Source: an uncultured delta proteobacterium (GTDB lineage Bacteria > Desulfobacterota > Desulfobaccia > Desulfobaccales > 0-14-0-80-60-11). Taken from it: a stretch of DNA of 64,000 bases. The position numbers were made by a program, and so were the translations under genes. This document shows, one piece after another, positions 27,255-36,381 of the stretch. Location: assembly GCA_963812655.1 (NCBI GenBank), contig CAWEWX010000039.1, forward strand, positions 159,832 through 223,831, given 5' to 3'. The notes below the pieces were generated by a model. The model had not been told where the DNA came from and ran no database searches. It was given only the letters and a program-made list of their open reading frames with translations. Position 1 is the first letter of the stretch; each line of letters opens with the position of its first letter.

Positions 27255-28503
27255 TTTCAGTTTTTTCAGTAAGGCTTCTCTCTTTCCAGATTCTTAGGAA
27301 TTTCTCTTTAAATTTGTGATGGACCGCTAAATCAGGATAGCCCAGTCCGGATTTAATCAAATAGGTATTAATGAATATCTTATTTTTTAGATAGATATAA
27401 GCCGGTATAATATTACCATTGCTTTGAGCATCGGTCTTAATTATAATCGATTTTCCCAGCAACCGGTCGTTTAAATAATTGACGGTTTCCTCTTCCTTAT
27501 CAATAGTTATCCCCAGAAACTTAATAACCTTGCCGTTATTTAATTTAATTTTATTGCCACTGATGATTTGCACTACTTTAACCAGATGATCTTTTTCAGG
27601 TTCCTGGGGCCGGGGGATAGGCTCAGCCTCCTGGATCGCGGGAACATAATCGATTTCCGGCAATCCCCCCAGGTTGCTGCTTCTCCTGATAATTTGCACC
27701 TCCGGGGTAAAGATAGGTAATTTATCCTTAATGCCCAGCTTTTCTTCCAGGATTTCCAGAAAATTTTCATTAATCTCATAACCCAGGGCGTCTCGCCCCG
27801 ATTCCAGGGCCGCCTTGACGGTGGTGCCGCTGCCCAGAAAGGGGTCGAGCACCGTGTCGCCCTGAAAAGAGAACATCCGGATGAGACGCCGGGGCAGCTC
27901 CTCGGGGAACATGGCCTCGTGGCCCAGTTGCCGGGCGCCGCCGAAACGCCAGTGGCCGGAAAAATACTCCTTCCATTCCTCCTTGGTCAACCTGGAGGCT
28001 TCTTTCACCTCTTTCGAGACCTTCCTGCTGGCCCCAGGTTTTTTGAAGATGAGGATGAATTCATAGTCGATCTCCACCAGGCCGTTGGGGGGATACGGGT
28101 AGGAGCCCATGACGTTGGCCCCGCCGCTGGTATTCAGGGTGGTCTTTTTTTGCCAGATAATGGCGCCCAGGTAATCGAAGCCGAGGCGCTCGCATTGGCC
28201 GATGAACTCGGCGTGCAGCGGGATGACCTTATAGCGGCCATAAACCGCGGCCCGGGCGAATTGATCGCCGATGTTGAGGCACAAGCGGCTGCCGGGCCGC
28301 AGGACCCGGAAACATTCGCTCCAGATATGAAACAGGTCGGTGAGGTATGGGTGCAGGCCCTGGCCATGGCCAATCTGGCCCGGCGCCCCATAATCCTTGA
28401 TTTGCCAGTAAGGCGGGGAGGTGACCACGAGGTCAATGGTCGCGGTTTCGATCTCCGGCATGGCTCGGCTGTCGCCGATGATGATTTTGGCCCGGTTATC
28501 CAT
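27211..28503 (-). CDS. DNA methyltransferase (beta-class N4-C/N6-A, SPPY) fused to a degenerate SNase-like OB-fold domain
   Basis: Motif IV DLVVTSPPYW precedes motif I VLDPFLGSGTT (beta order). The C-terminal ~110 aa align by eye with staphylococcal nuclease (VVQIISGNKIKL / FLGITIDKE / IPAYIYL..INTYLIKSGLG / FLRIWKE), but the catalytic positions are substituted. Confidence 0.85.
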   Translation of the reverse strand: MDNRAKIIIGDSRAMPEIETATIDLVVTSPPYWQIKDYGAPGQIGHGQGLHPYLTDLFHIWSECFRVLRPGSRLCLNIGDQFARAAVYGRYKVIPLHAEFIGQCERLGFDYLGAIIWQKKTTLNTSGGANVMGSYPYPPNGLVEIDYEFILIFKKPGASRKVSKEVKEASRLTKEEWKEYFSGHWRFGGARQLGHEAMFPEELPRRLIRMFSFQGDTVLDPFLGSGTTVKAALESGRDALGYEINENFLEILEEKLGIKDKLPIFTPEVQIIRRSSNLGGLPEIDYVPAIQEAEPIPRPQEPEKDHLVKVVQIISGNKIKLNNGKVIKFLGITIDKEEETVNYLNDRLLGKSIIIKTDAQSNGNIIPAYIYLKNKIFINTYLIKSGLGYPDLAVHHKFKEKFLRIWKERSLTEKTEIIKGAEKRLNFPSP

Positions 28504-28640
28504 AGAAAGATGTTGGTAGGGCGGGCCTCCGTGCCCGCCTTTCTAGCCTAAGACCGCACAGGCTGGAAAGCCTGGGCTGCCAGATACCTTTGAGAAGCAG
28601 GCGGAAGATGGTGGGCACTGCCCACCCTACAGGTTTTACT

Positions 28641-28683
28641 CAAAACTCGAAACTTGAAACTCGAAACTCGAAGCTTGAAACTC
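28641..28683. repeat. Tandem heptanucleotide array (AAACTCG/AAACTTG)n
   Basis: caaaactcgaaacttgaaactcgaaactcgaagcttgaaactca, abutting the ruvA stop. Confidence 0.85.
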
Positions 28684-29266
28684 ACTTGGCCAGCCATTTT
28701 AGGCCCTGGCGCAGCAACTCCTCCAGGGTCGAGGCCCCCTGGCCCCGGGCCGCCTCCAGGGCCTTCTCCGCCAGGTTCTTGGAGTAGCCCAGGTTGAGCA
28801 GGGCGCTCAGGGCGTCTTGTATGGGGCCCTGGCCGGAAGCCGCGGCCAGCCGGGGGGCCCCGGCGGCGAGCTGCTTGTCCTTGAGTTCCAGGACGATGCG
28901 CTCGGCGGATTTCTTGCCAATGCCGGGGATGCCGGACAGGCGGCGGATATCCCGCTGGGCCAGGGCCTGGCCGAACTCCCCCGGGCTGATGCCGCTCAGG
29001 ATGTTCAGGGCCATGCGGGCCCCGATGCGGGGGATGCCCAGCAATTGGAGAAACAGCTCCTTTTCCTCCGGGGTCCCAAAGCCGTAGAGATTCAGGGCGT
29101 CTTCCTGCAAGCGGGTGTGGATCAAGAGCGAGATGCGGGCCGGAGGCTCCGGCAGGGCGTAAAAGGTGGACAGAGGGATGTGGACCCGGTAGCCCACCCC
29201 GCCCACCCTGATAACCACCTGGCCCGGGCCTTTGCTGATGATTTCCCCTTCCAGTAAACCGATCAT
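28682..29266 (-). CDS. ruvA: Holliday junction branch-migration complex subunit RuvA
   Basis: MIGLLEGEI...V.VGGVGY.V..P, HhH motifs (IPGIGKKSAERI), C-terminal domain III. Confidence 0.9.
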   Translation of the reverse strand: MIGLLEGEIISKGPGQVVIRVGGVGYRVHIPLSTFYALPEPPARISLLIHTRLQEDALNLYGFGTPEEKELFLQLLGIPRIGARMALNILSGISPGEFGQALAQRDIRRLSGIPGIGKKSAERIVLELKDKQLAAGAPRLAAASGQGPIQDALSALLNLGYSKNLAEKALEAARGQGASTLEELLRQGLKWLAK

Positions 29267-29751
29267 GCGGTCCTCCCCGGCCAGCGCTGGTGGAAGAAGT
29301 GGCAGAGCCCCACCGCCAGGGCGTCGGCGGCATGCTCGTCGGCCACCTTCTCCCCCAAGAGTTGCTCCACCATGAGCTGCACCTGGGCCTTGGATGCCTG
29401 GCCGTAGCCCACCACCGCCTTTTTGACCAGCAGGGGGGGATAATGCCAGACGGGCAGGCTTCTCTGGGCCGCCAGCAGCAGCACCACCCCCCGCACCTGG
29501 CCCAGGGTGAAGGCGGTCTTGACGTTGGCGGCCAGGAAGATCTCCTCCAGGGCCAGGACCTGGGGCTGGTGCAGGCGGATCACTTCCGCCAGGCCGTCAT
29601 AAATCCGGCAGAGGCGGTCGGCCAGGGGGGGCCGGGAGCCGGCCTTGATGCTGCCGGAGGCCAGATGGAGCAGGCGGTCGCCCTCCCCCTGTAAGACCCC
29701 GAAGCCGGTGTGATGGGAACCCGGGTCCACCCCCAAAATAACGGCTCTCAA
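29263..29751 (-). CDS. ruvC: Crossover junction endodeoxyribonuclease RuvC
   Basis: ILGVDPGSHHTGFGVL, and later EE.F.. and ADA.A.. motifs. 4-nt overlap with ruvA. Confidence 0.9.
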   Translation of the reverse strand: MRAVILGVDPGSHHTGFGVLQGEGDRLLHLASGSIKAGSRPPLADRLCRIYDGLAEVIRLHQPQVLALEEIFLAANVKTAFTLGQVRGVVLLLAAQRSLPVWHYPPLLVKKAVVGYGQASKAQVQLMVEQLLGEKVADEHAADALAVGLCHFFHQRWPGRTA

Positions 29752-30497
29752 ATCAAGGCCTCGAGTAATTGATCCGGGATGTCGAAATTGGCGAAGACGT
29801 CGCTGACGTCGTCGTGCTCTTCCAGGAGTTCCACCAGCCTCAGGAGTTGCTGGGCGGATTTCTCTTCATCGATCTTCACCGTGGTCTTGGGGCGCATCTG
29901 GACCTCGGCCAGAGCCGGCGTGAAACCCCGGGCCTCCAGGGCCTCCTTGATCTCCAGGAAGGCGTTGGGGTCGGTGAGCACCTCGAACTGGCTCTCATCG
30001 CTTTGCAGGTCCTCGGCGCCGCATTCCAGGGCGGCCTCCAGGAGTTGGTCCTCAGTGACCTCGACGCGGTCGAAGACGATGACCCCCTTTTTGTCGAACA
30101 TCCAGGCCACGCAGCCGGGCTCTCCCAGACTCCCGCCGTATTTGGTGATTAAATGGCGCACGTCGGAGACGGTGCGGTTCTTGTTGTCGGTGAGGGTCTC
30201 CACCATCAGCGCCACCCCCGCCGGCCCGTAACCTTCCAGGAAGATTTCTTCCAGGACCGCGCCGCCGCCTTCCCCGCTCCCCTTGCGGATGGCCCGGGTG
30301 ATGTTGTCTCCGGGCATATTTTCCGCCTTGGCCGCGGCGATGGCAGCCCGGAGGCGGGGGTTGCCGGTGGGGTCGCCGCCGCCCAGGCGGGCCGCCACAG
30401 CCACCTCTTTCGCCAGCCTGCCGAAGATCCTGCCGCGCTTGGCGTCCACCGCCCCCTTCTTGCGCTTGATGGTGCTCCACTTGGAATGGCCGGACAT
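29748..30497 (-). CDS. YebC/PmpR-family DNA-binding transcriptional regulator
   Basis: MSGHSKWSTIKRKKGAVDAKRG is the canonical YebC N-terminus. ATG 30497 follows GGGAGGAG. Confidence 0.9.
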   Translation of the reverse strand: MSGHSKWSTIKRKKGAVDAKRGRIFGRLAKEVAVAARLGGGDPTGNPRLRAAIAAAKAENMPGDNITRAIRKGSGEGGGAVLEEIFLEGYGPAGVALMVETLTDNKNRTVSDVRHLITKYGGSLGEPGCVAWMFDKKGVIVFDRVEVTEDQLLEAALECGAEDLQSDESQFEVLTDPNAFLEIKEALEARGFTPALAEVQMRPKTTVKIDEEKSAQQLLRLVELLEEHDDVSDVFANFDIPDQLLEALI

Positions 30498-30555
30498 CTG
30501 TTGCTCCTCCCACTGGTTAATCAGAGCATCAAACAAGTCCCTGACGGGAATTTAA

Positions 30556-30600
30556 CTGTAGCCGCAGGCTTTAGCCTGCGCAAGCTAAAGCTTGCGCCAC
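30556..30600. repeat. REP family GTAGCCGCAGGCTTTAGCCTGCG / CGCAAGCTAAAGCTTGCG
   Basis: Two adjacent hairpins. Other copies are at 33072..33141 and 52682..52728. Confidence 0.8.
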
Positions 30601-30635
30601 TCGCTTAAAATGCCTCCCGGTTAATGCTCTGATTA

Positions 30636-31283
30636 TTAACTCTTGGCCCGGCGGCGCCCTGGGACCGGAAGCCGGTGGGGGCCCTCCGGGGCGGGACCGC
30701 GGCGGTTCAGGCCCAGGAGATAAAGTTCCGGGCTGGCCGCCCGGGAGCCCGCGGGTTTCACCCGCCGGCAGACCTCAAATTCCTGGCGCACGGCCGCGGC
30801 CAGGCCGGGAAGGTCTGGTCCGGCAAAGATCTTCACCAGGAAGTGGCCGCCGGGCTTAAGCAGGCGGCGGGCCAACTCCAGGGCCTGCCAGGCCAGCCTC
30901 AGGGAGCGCTGCTGGTCCACCTCCCTCACCCCGGTGGTATTGGCGGCCAGGTCGCTGACCACCACCTCAAAACCCGGACTTACCGCGGCAATCGTCTCTA
31001 AGTCTAGACTTCCCACCACACCCTGGAGGAAGTATAGGGGTGGGGCCACCGGGATGGCCAGAGGGCTGGCATCCACCCCCAGCACCAGGCCCCGGGGTCC
31101 CACCCGGCCGGCGATATATTGCAGCCAGGACCCGGGGCTGCAGCCCAAGTCCAAAACCCGCTGGCCCTGCCGGAACAGGCGGTATTTCTCATCGATTTCC
31201 TTTAATTTGTACACCGCCCGGGCCACATAGCCTTCGGCGAGGGCCCGGGTCCGGAAGGGGTCCGGAATTCCAGGGCGGGGCAT
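30636..31283 (-). CDS. rlmE: 23S rRNA (uridine-2'-O)-methyltransferase RlmE/FtsJ
   Basis: RA.YKL.EID.KY.L...G..VLDLGCSPGSWLQY is the FtsJ SAM-binding region. Confidence 0.85.
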   Translation of the reverse strand: MPRPGIPDPFRTRALAEGYVARAVYKLKEIDEKYRLFRQGQRVLDLGCSPGSWLQYIAGRVGPRGLVLGVDASPLAIPVAPPLYFLQGVVGSLDLETIAAVSPGFEVVVSDLAANTTGVREVDQQRSLRLAWQALELARRLLKPGGHFLVKIFAGPDLPGLAAAVRQEFEVCRRVKPAGSRAASPELYLLGLNRRGPAPEGPHRLPVPGRRRAKS

Positions 31284-31861
31284 GGTTCAAAGCCTATCTA
31301 AGTAAATTAACTCAATTTCTTTTAACACAGGCCCCTGCTTTTGGCAATGAAAAACGGCTGTCAAGATTTTGACGCAGCAGGGGAGGAAAAACGGGGCGAG
31401 ACGCTTTTGCGGTCATCCGAGTTCTTCACCCGGCTCGCCTGATGCCTCGGCTGCAGAGCGCCAGGACGGCACCGGAACCTCGAAATCTTCCCTTTATTTC
31501 AAGGACTTGACTAGCAGGGGCGCCATAACCGGAAACCAGTTCCCGGGGCTGGCGGTCCAGGTCCCCTTCTGGCATAAACCTTGCTCAACCCCAAGGCAGG
31601 CGACGCCAGCGGCGCCGCCCGGGAAGTTCCGGGGTGCTCGCGGTCCAGGCAGGCCGGCGGTTTTTCTTAGGACCCGGCCGGCCCAGGCCGGCGCCCGGTC
31701 TGGGCCCTGGACCCTTCCGGGCCCCGGCCAGCAAGTCTTTTACCAGGATTGCCGCCGGGCTGCCAGCCTCGCCCCGCCGCCGGGGGAGAGGGGCGGGCTC
31801 CAGTCCTTTTGGCCTCGTGGCTCGGCCATCAATAATAAAAAAGACGCGGGGAACGGCTATC

Positions 31862-32659
31862 ATGGATGAACGGTCGTTGGTCGGGGATGAATCGGCCCCA
31901 GGCCCCGGAGCGGTCCCAGGCAACCCGGACCTGGCCCGGCAGCAACGGATGGTGCTGCAATATGCGCCGCTGATCAGGTATATCGCCGCCCGCCTGGCTT
32001 TACGCCTGCCCTCCCATATCTCTCAGGAGGACCTGTTCAGTTCCGGCATTATCGGCCTTATCGATGCCATCCGGAAATATGACCTGGGCAAGCATATCAA
32101 CTTCAAGACCTATGCCGAGTTCCGCATCAAGGGGGCCATGCTGGATGAACTGCGCAGCCTGGACTGGATCCCCCGTTCGGTGCGCAAGAAATTCCACCTC
32201 CTCGAGAAGGCTTACGCCCATTTGCAGAAGAGTCTGGGGCGGCCGGCGGAGACTGAGGAAGTGGCCGCCTTCCTGGGGTTGAAGCTGGAAGATTTCCATC
32301 AGCTCCTGGAGGAAACCAGGTCCGTTTGCCTGCTGCCCCTGCACGCCCCCTCGCGCCGACTCGCGGGCTGCCCGGGCGGGGGTAAGGAGCCCGCGGAATT
32401 CCTCCAGGATGAGAATCTGCGGGATGCCCTCCAGGCAGCCCACCTGTCCCAATTGCGGGAGATCGTCATTAAGGCCCTGGAGGTCCTGCCCGACAAGGAG
32501 AATTTATTGATTTACCTGTATTATTACGAAGAGCTCACCATGAAGGAAATCGGCCAGATCATGGGTTACACCGAGTCCCGCATCTCCCAGTTGCACACCC
32601 AGGCAATGTCCCGTCTCCGGCACCGGCTCCGGGAATACGCCCGGGAACTGGAGAATTGA
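31862..32659 (+). CDS. fliA: RNA polymerase sigma factor, FliA/WhiG (sigma-28) type
   Basis: Region 2 (DLFSSGIIGLIDAIRKYD..FKTYAEFRIKGAMLDELR), region 3, and the region 4 HTH (LTMKEIGQIMGYTESRISQLH). ATG 31862 was chosen; the upstream in-frame extension is low-complexity. Confidence 0.85.
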   Translation: MDERSLVGDESAPGPGAVPGNPDLARQQRMVLQYAPLIRYIAARLALRLPSHISQEDLFSSGIIGLIDAIRKYDLGKHINFKTYAEFRIKGAMLDELRSLDWIPRSVRKKFHLLEKAYAHLQKSLGRPAETEEVAAFLGLKLEDFHQLLEETRSVCLLPLHAPSRRLAGCPGGGKEPAEFLQDENLRDALQAAHLSQLREIVIKALEVLPDKENLLIYLYYYEELTMKEIGQIMGYTESRISQLHTQAMSRLRHRLREYARELEN

Positions 32660-32723
32660 GCCGGAGAGGCGCTTAGGGATAACTAATGAGGTCTTAGGCC
32701 AGATCATATTTGATACGGAAAAA

Positions 32724-33000
32724 TTCTAAAGGCGGGATGCGCTTCGCTTTCCCGCCCTACGGGCTGGAGAATTGAGCGGGAAAAGTGCGCCTCTGCGAGC
32801 CAATAAACATTTTTCTGGTGGCACAGGCGTCTCGCCTGTGCGGCGCAGACTAAGGCATTAGATAACAGGGCTTTTAGTGGCACAGGCTTCCAGCCTGTGT
32901 CCCTAACTTATAGGGCGGGCTGTGCCCGCCGGATATCGGCGGCCACAAGCCGCCCTATTTCTAAAGGCGGGATGCGCTTCGCTTTCCCGCCCTACGGGCT
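32724..33000. repeat. Nest of REP units bracketed by a perfect 42-bp direct repeat
   Basis: TTCTAAAGGCGGGATGCGCTTCGCTTTCCCGCCCTACGGGCT occurs at 32724..32765 and again at 32959..33000. GGCACAGGC-type and GGGCGGGCTGTGCCCGCC-type hairpins lie between. Confidence 0.85.
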
Positions 33001-33385
33001 CAGGGACTATCCTGCCGCGATCAGTCCTGGTGTCTTGTTTCAGAAATATCTTAAAAAATATCTGGGGTTTATGTAGCCGCAGGCTTTAGCCTGCGCTCTC
33101 ATTTTTCCCAATTATTTCGCAAGCTAAAGCTTGCGGCTACATTTTAAATGCCTATGAATGCAACCTAGTCCAGAAATTCGTGGGTCAGGCAAACTCATGG
33201 TTGCGCTGGCCTCGCTTTTTAACTAAACTGGCCTCACTGCCAGGCGTCAAAGGGGTTTTGGGGAGCGGTGGCGGGGTTTTCCCGGCGTACCGGCCTGGTA
33301 ATGGGAGCGGAAAAGAGATTAAATTCCCCCTCACCCTAACCCTCTCCCCCATCGGGGGAGAGGGGATAAAGCTGGAACCCCTTTC

Positions 33386-35140
33386 ATGCTTTCCACCAAC
33401 CGGAAGGGAAAAGTTTTGGTCAGACCCGAGGGGAGGCTGGCGCGGCGGCTGCGAGTAGCCCGGGGGGAGGCCCCGGCGGACCTGGTGCTGGCCGGGGGGC
33501 AGGTTGCCGACCTCTACCGCGGCTGCTGGCAAAGAATTGACGTGGCCCTGTTCGACGGGATCATCGCGGGGCTGGGCGATTACGACGGCCCCAGAATGGA
33601 GGTCCGGGGCAGCTATATCCTGCCCGGGCTCATCGACGGCCACCTCCACCCGGAAAGCAGCATGCTCACCCCCCGGGAACTGACCCGGGCCCTGCTGCCC
33701 CTGGGAACCACCACGGTGGTGGCGGACCCCCATGAAATCGCCAACGTCTGGGGCACCGCGGGCCTGGACTACCTGCTGGCCGCCAGCCGGGGGCTGCCCC
33801 TGGATTTCTTCTTCATGCTGCCGTCCTGCGTCCCCGCCTCCCCCCTGGAAACCGCCGGGGCGGTGCTTACCGCCGACCTCCTGGGTGCTTACCGCCGGCA
33901 CCCCCGGGTCTTGGGCCTGGCCGAGGTCATGAATTTTCCCGGGGTGGTGAGCGGCGAGGCCGACCTGCTCAAGAAGCTGGCCCTCTTCCCCCGGGGTCCG
34001 GTGGACGGCCATGCGCCGCTGCTGTCCGGCAAGGCTCTCTCGGCCTATCGGCTGGCCGGGATCGGCTCCGACCACGAATGCACCCAACTCGACGAGGCCC
34101 GGGAAAAGCTAAGTCTCGGTTTCTACCTGATGCTGCGGGAAGGGAGCCTGGCCAAAAATCTGCAGGACCTGTTGCCCGCGGTGACTGCCGCCAGCCTGCG
34201 CCGCGCCATGCTGGTCACCGATGACTGCCACCCGGAGGACCTGCTTAAGGGCCATCTGAACGCCCTGCTGGAAAAGGCGGTGTCTCTGGGGTGCGATCCC
34301 CTCCAGGCGGTCACTATGGCCACCTTGAACCCGGCGGAATACTTCCGCCTGGGGGACCGGGGGGGGCTGGCCCCGGGGTTGCAGGGCGATCTGCTGGTGG
34401 TGGGGGACCTCCAAGGGTTTCAGATCCAAAAGGTCTTTAAGAACGGCCGGCTGGTGGCGGAGGGCGGCGAGCTGCTGGCCGACCTGCCCTTTCAAGAGAC
34501 CGCGGTTCCCGCCAGCCCCTTTCGGGTGCGGGAGTTCCCCCTGGAGGCCTTGTCTCCCCGGGCGGCCGGCGACCTGGTCAAGGTCATCGGCCTCATTCCC
34601 GGCCAGCTCCTGACGGAGAAAAGGGTCCTGCCGGCCCCGGTGCAGGGAGGGCGGCTGGCGGCGGACCCCGGACCCGGACGAGACCTCCTGAAACTGGCGG
34701 TGGTGGAGCGCCACCACGGCAGCGGCAACCTGGGGTTGGGCCTGGTGCAGGGTTTCGGTATGCGCCGGGGCGCCCTGGCTTCCTCGGTGGCTCATGATTC
34801 CCATAATATCGTGGTGGTGGGGGCCCTGGAGAGCGACATGCTCCTGGCGGTGCGGCACCTCACGGCCCTGGGGGGCGGCCTGGTGGTGGTGGCCGCGGGC
34901 CAGGTGCTGGCGGAGCTGCCGCTCCCCATCGCCGGGTTGATGAGCCCCAGGCCTTTGGGGGAGGTGGCCGCGGCTTACAGTCGCCTAAAAACGGCCTATC
35001 GCGGCCTGGGCGGAATCCTGCCAGACCCCTTCATGGCCTTGTCCTTCCTGGCCCTGCCGGTGATCCCGGAACTGAAGCTCACCGACCTAGGCCTGGTGGA
35101 TGTCCAGCGTTTTCAGGTGGTGCCGCTCTTTGGAGAGTGA
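33386..35140 (+). CDS. ade: Adenine deaminase
   Basis: PGLIDGHLHPESSML, the downstream DGHAP and SDHE motifs, and a ~580-aa length fit Ade-type amidohydrolases. Confidence 0.85.
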   Translation: MLSTNRKGKVLVRPEGRLARRLRVARGEAPADLVLAGGQVADLYRGCWQRIDVALFDGIIAGLGDYDGPRMEVRGSYILPGLIDGHLHPESSMLTPRELTRALLPLGTTTVVADPHEIANVWGTAGLDYLLAASRGLPLDFFFMLPSCVPASPLETAGAVLTADLLGAYRRHPRVLGLAEVMNFPGVVSGEADLLKKLALFPRGPVDGHAPLLSGKALSAYRLAGIGSDHECTQLDEAREKLSLGFYLMLREGSLAKNLQDLLPAVTAASLRRAMLVTDDCHPEDLLKGHLNALLEKAVSLGCDPLQAVTMATLNPAEYFRLGDRGGLAPGLQGDLLVVGDLQGFQIQKVFKNGRLVAEGGELLADLPFQETAVPASPFRVREFPLEALSPRAAGDLVKVIGLIPGQLLTEKRVLPAPVQGGRLAADPGPGRDLLKLAVVERHHGSGNLGLGLVQGFGMRRGALASSVAHDSHNIVVVGALESDMLLAVRHLTALGGGLVVVAAGQVLAELPLPIAGLMSPRPLGEVAAAYSRLKTAYRGLGGILPDPFMALSFLALPVIPELKLTDLGLVDVQRFQVVPLFGE

Positions 35141-35175
35141 GCAGTGAGCAGTAGCCAGTAGCCAGTAGCCAGTAA
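35137..35175. repeat. Tandem heptanucleotide array (CAGTGAG then CAGTAGC)n
   Basis: tgagcagtgagcagtagccagtagccagtagccagtaa, starting at the ade stop codon. Confidence 0.9.
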
Positions 35176-35257
35176 ATCTTTTAATATTATCAATAATATT
35201 GCCTTGGTACGGGCAATGCTATTAAACTGCTTGCTGCTCACTTTTATCGGAGGCAAC

Positions 35258-36241
35258 ATGAGCTTAGTGCTGACCGCATCCGAGGTGATGCAGGTGTTGG
35301 ATATGGACCTGGCGCTGGCCGCGGCGGCGGAGGCCTTCCGGGCCTACGGCGAAGGGAGGGTGAACATGCCCCCCAAGTCGTATCTGACCCTGGCCCAGGG
35401 CGACTTCCGGGCCATGTACGGGGAAATCCATTTGCCTCAGGGCCACATCTGCGGCCTCAAATGGGTCAATGTGCATCCGGGCAATCCGGTCAAGGGCTTG
35501 CTCACGGTGATGGCCAAGATACTGCTCAATCATCCGGATACCGGGCTGGAGTTTGCCGACCTGGACGGCACCCGCATCACCGATTTCCGCACCGGGGCCG
35601 TCGGCGGCCTGGCGGCTAAGTACCTGGCCCGCCCCGGGGCGTCCCGGCTGGGGGTGATCGGCTGCGGGGCCCAGGCCCGCAGCCAGGTGGCCGCCATCCT
35701 GAAGGTCAGGCCCATTCAGGAGATTGTGGTCTTCAACCGCCATCTGGAGCACGCCCGGTCCTTTGCCGAGAAGATCACGGCCGCCCATGGGGTCCCGGCC
35801 CGGCCGGTGGCCACCGCCCAGGCGGCGGTACAGGGGATGGATATCGTGGTCACCACTACCCCCAGCCGCACCCCGGTGGTCCAACGAGAGTGGCTGGCGC
35901 CCGGCGTCCATATCAACGCCATCGGCGCCGACGCCGCCGGCAAGCAGGAACTGGCCCCGGCCATCCTGCAGGCCGCCAAGGTGGTGGTGGACGATTGGGC
36001 CCAGGCGTCCCACTCCGGGGAGATCAACGTGCCCCTGGCCCAAGGCGAGTTCTCTCCGGAGCAGGTTTACGGCTCCCTGGGGGAGGTGGTGGCAGGCAAG
36101 AAACCGGGCCGCCTGGGTCCTGAGGAGATCACGGTCTTCGATTCCACCGGCCTGATCATCCAGGACCTGGCCCTGGGCTACGTCGTCTATCTCCGGGCCC
36201 GGGAACGGGGTCTGGGGGAGGAGAAGGATTTTTTGAAGTAA
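35258..36241 (+). CDS. Ornithine cyclodeaminase/mu-crystallin family protein (alanine dehydrogenase-like)
   Basis: Family-typical layout with Rossmann motif GVIGCGAQA. ATG 35258 follows GGAGG. Confidence 0.75.
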   Translation: MSLVLTASEVMQVLDMDLALAAAAEAFRAYGEGRVNMPPKSYLTLAQGDFRAMYGEIHLPQGHICGLKWVNVHPGNPVKGLLTVMAKILLNHPDTGLEFADLDGTRITDFRTGAVGGLAAKYLARPGASRLGVIGCGAQARSQVAAILKVRPIQEIVVFNRHLEHARSFAEKITAAHGVPARPVATAQAAVQGMDIVVTTTPSRTPVVQREWLAPGVHINAIGADAAGKQELAPAILQAAKVVVDDWAQASHSGEINVPLAQGEFSPEQVYGSLGEVVAGKKPGRLGPEEITVFDSTGLIIQDLALGYVVYLRARERGLGEEKDFLK

Positions 36242-36381
36242 GATTTGGCAGAGGGAACATCACCCGGTGCGTAAACCGGTGAATTGGTCGTGGACCTGGC
36301 GGAAAGTCTGAATGGACAAGTCCTGGGGGCCATGACTTCTTCCCTCCCTGCGGCGCCGGGAGGGGCGTCTGGGCTACTAAT

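Noticed and set aside
31369-31869. 166-aa ORF and the in-frame upstream extension of fliA (31634) in the long spacer
   Set aside because: Both translations are low-complexity (R/P/G/A/S) with no RBS or domain signal. I treat the region as non-coding of unknown role (see findings).
33185-34087. 300-aa minus-strand ORF overlapping the repeat region and the 5' part of ade
   Set aside because: It is antisense to adenine deaminase and runs into REP sequence, with low-complexity translation.
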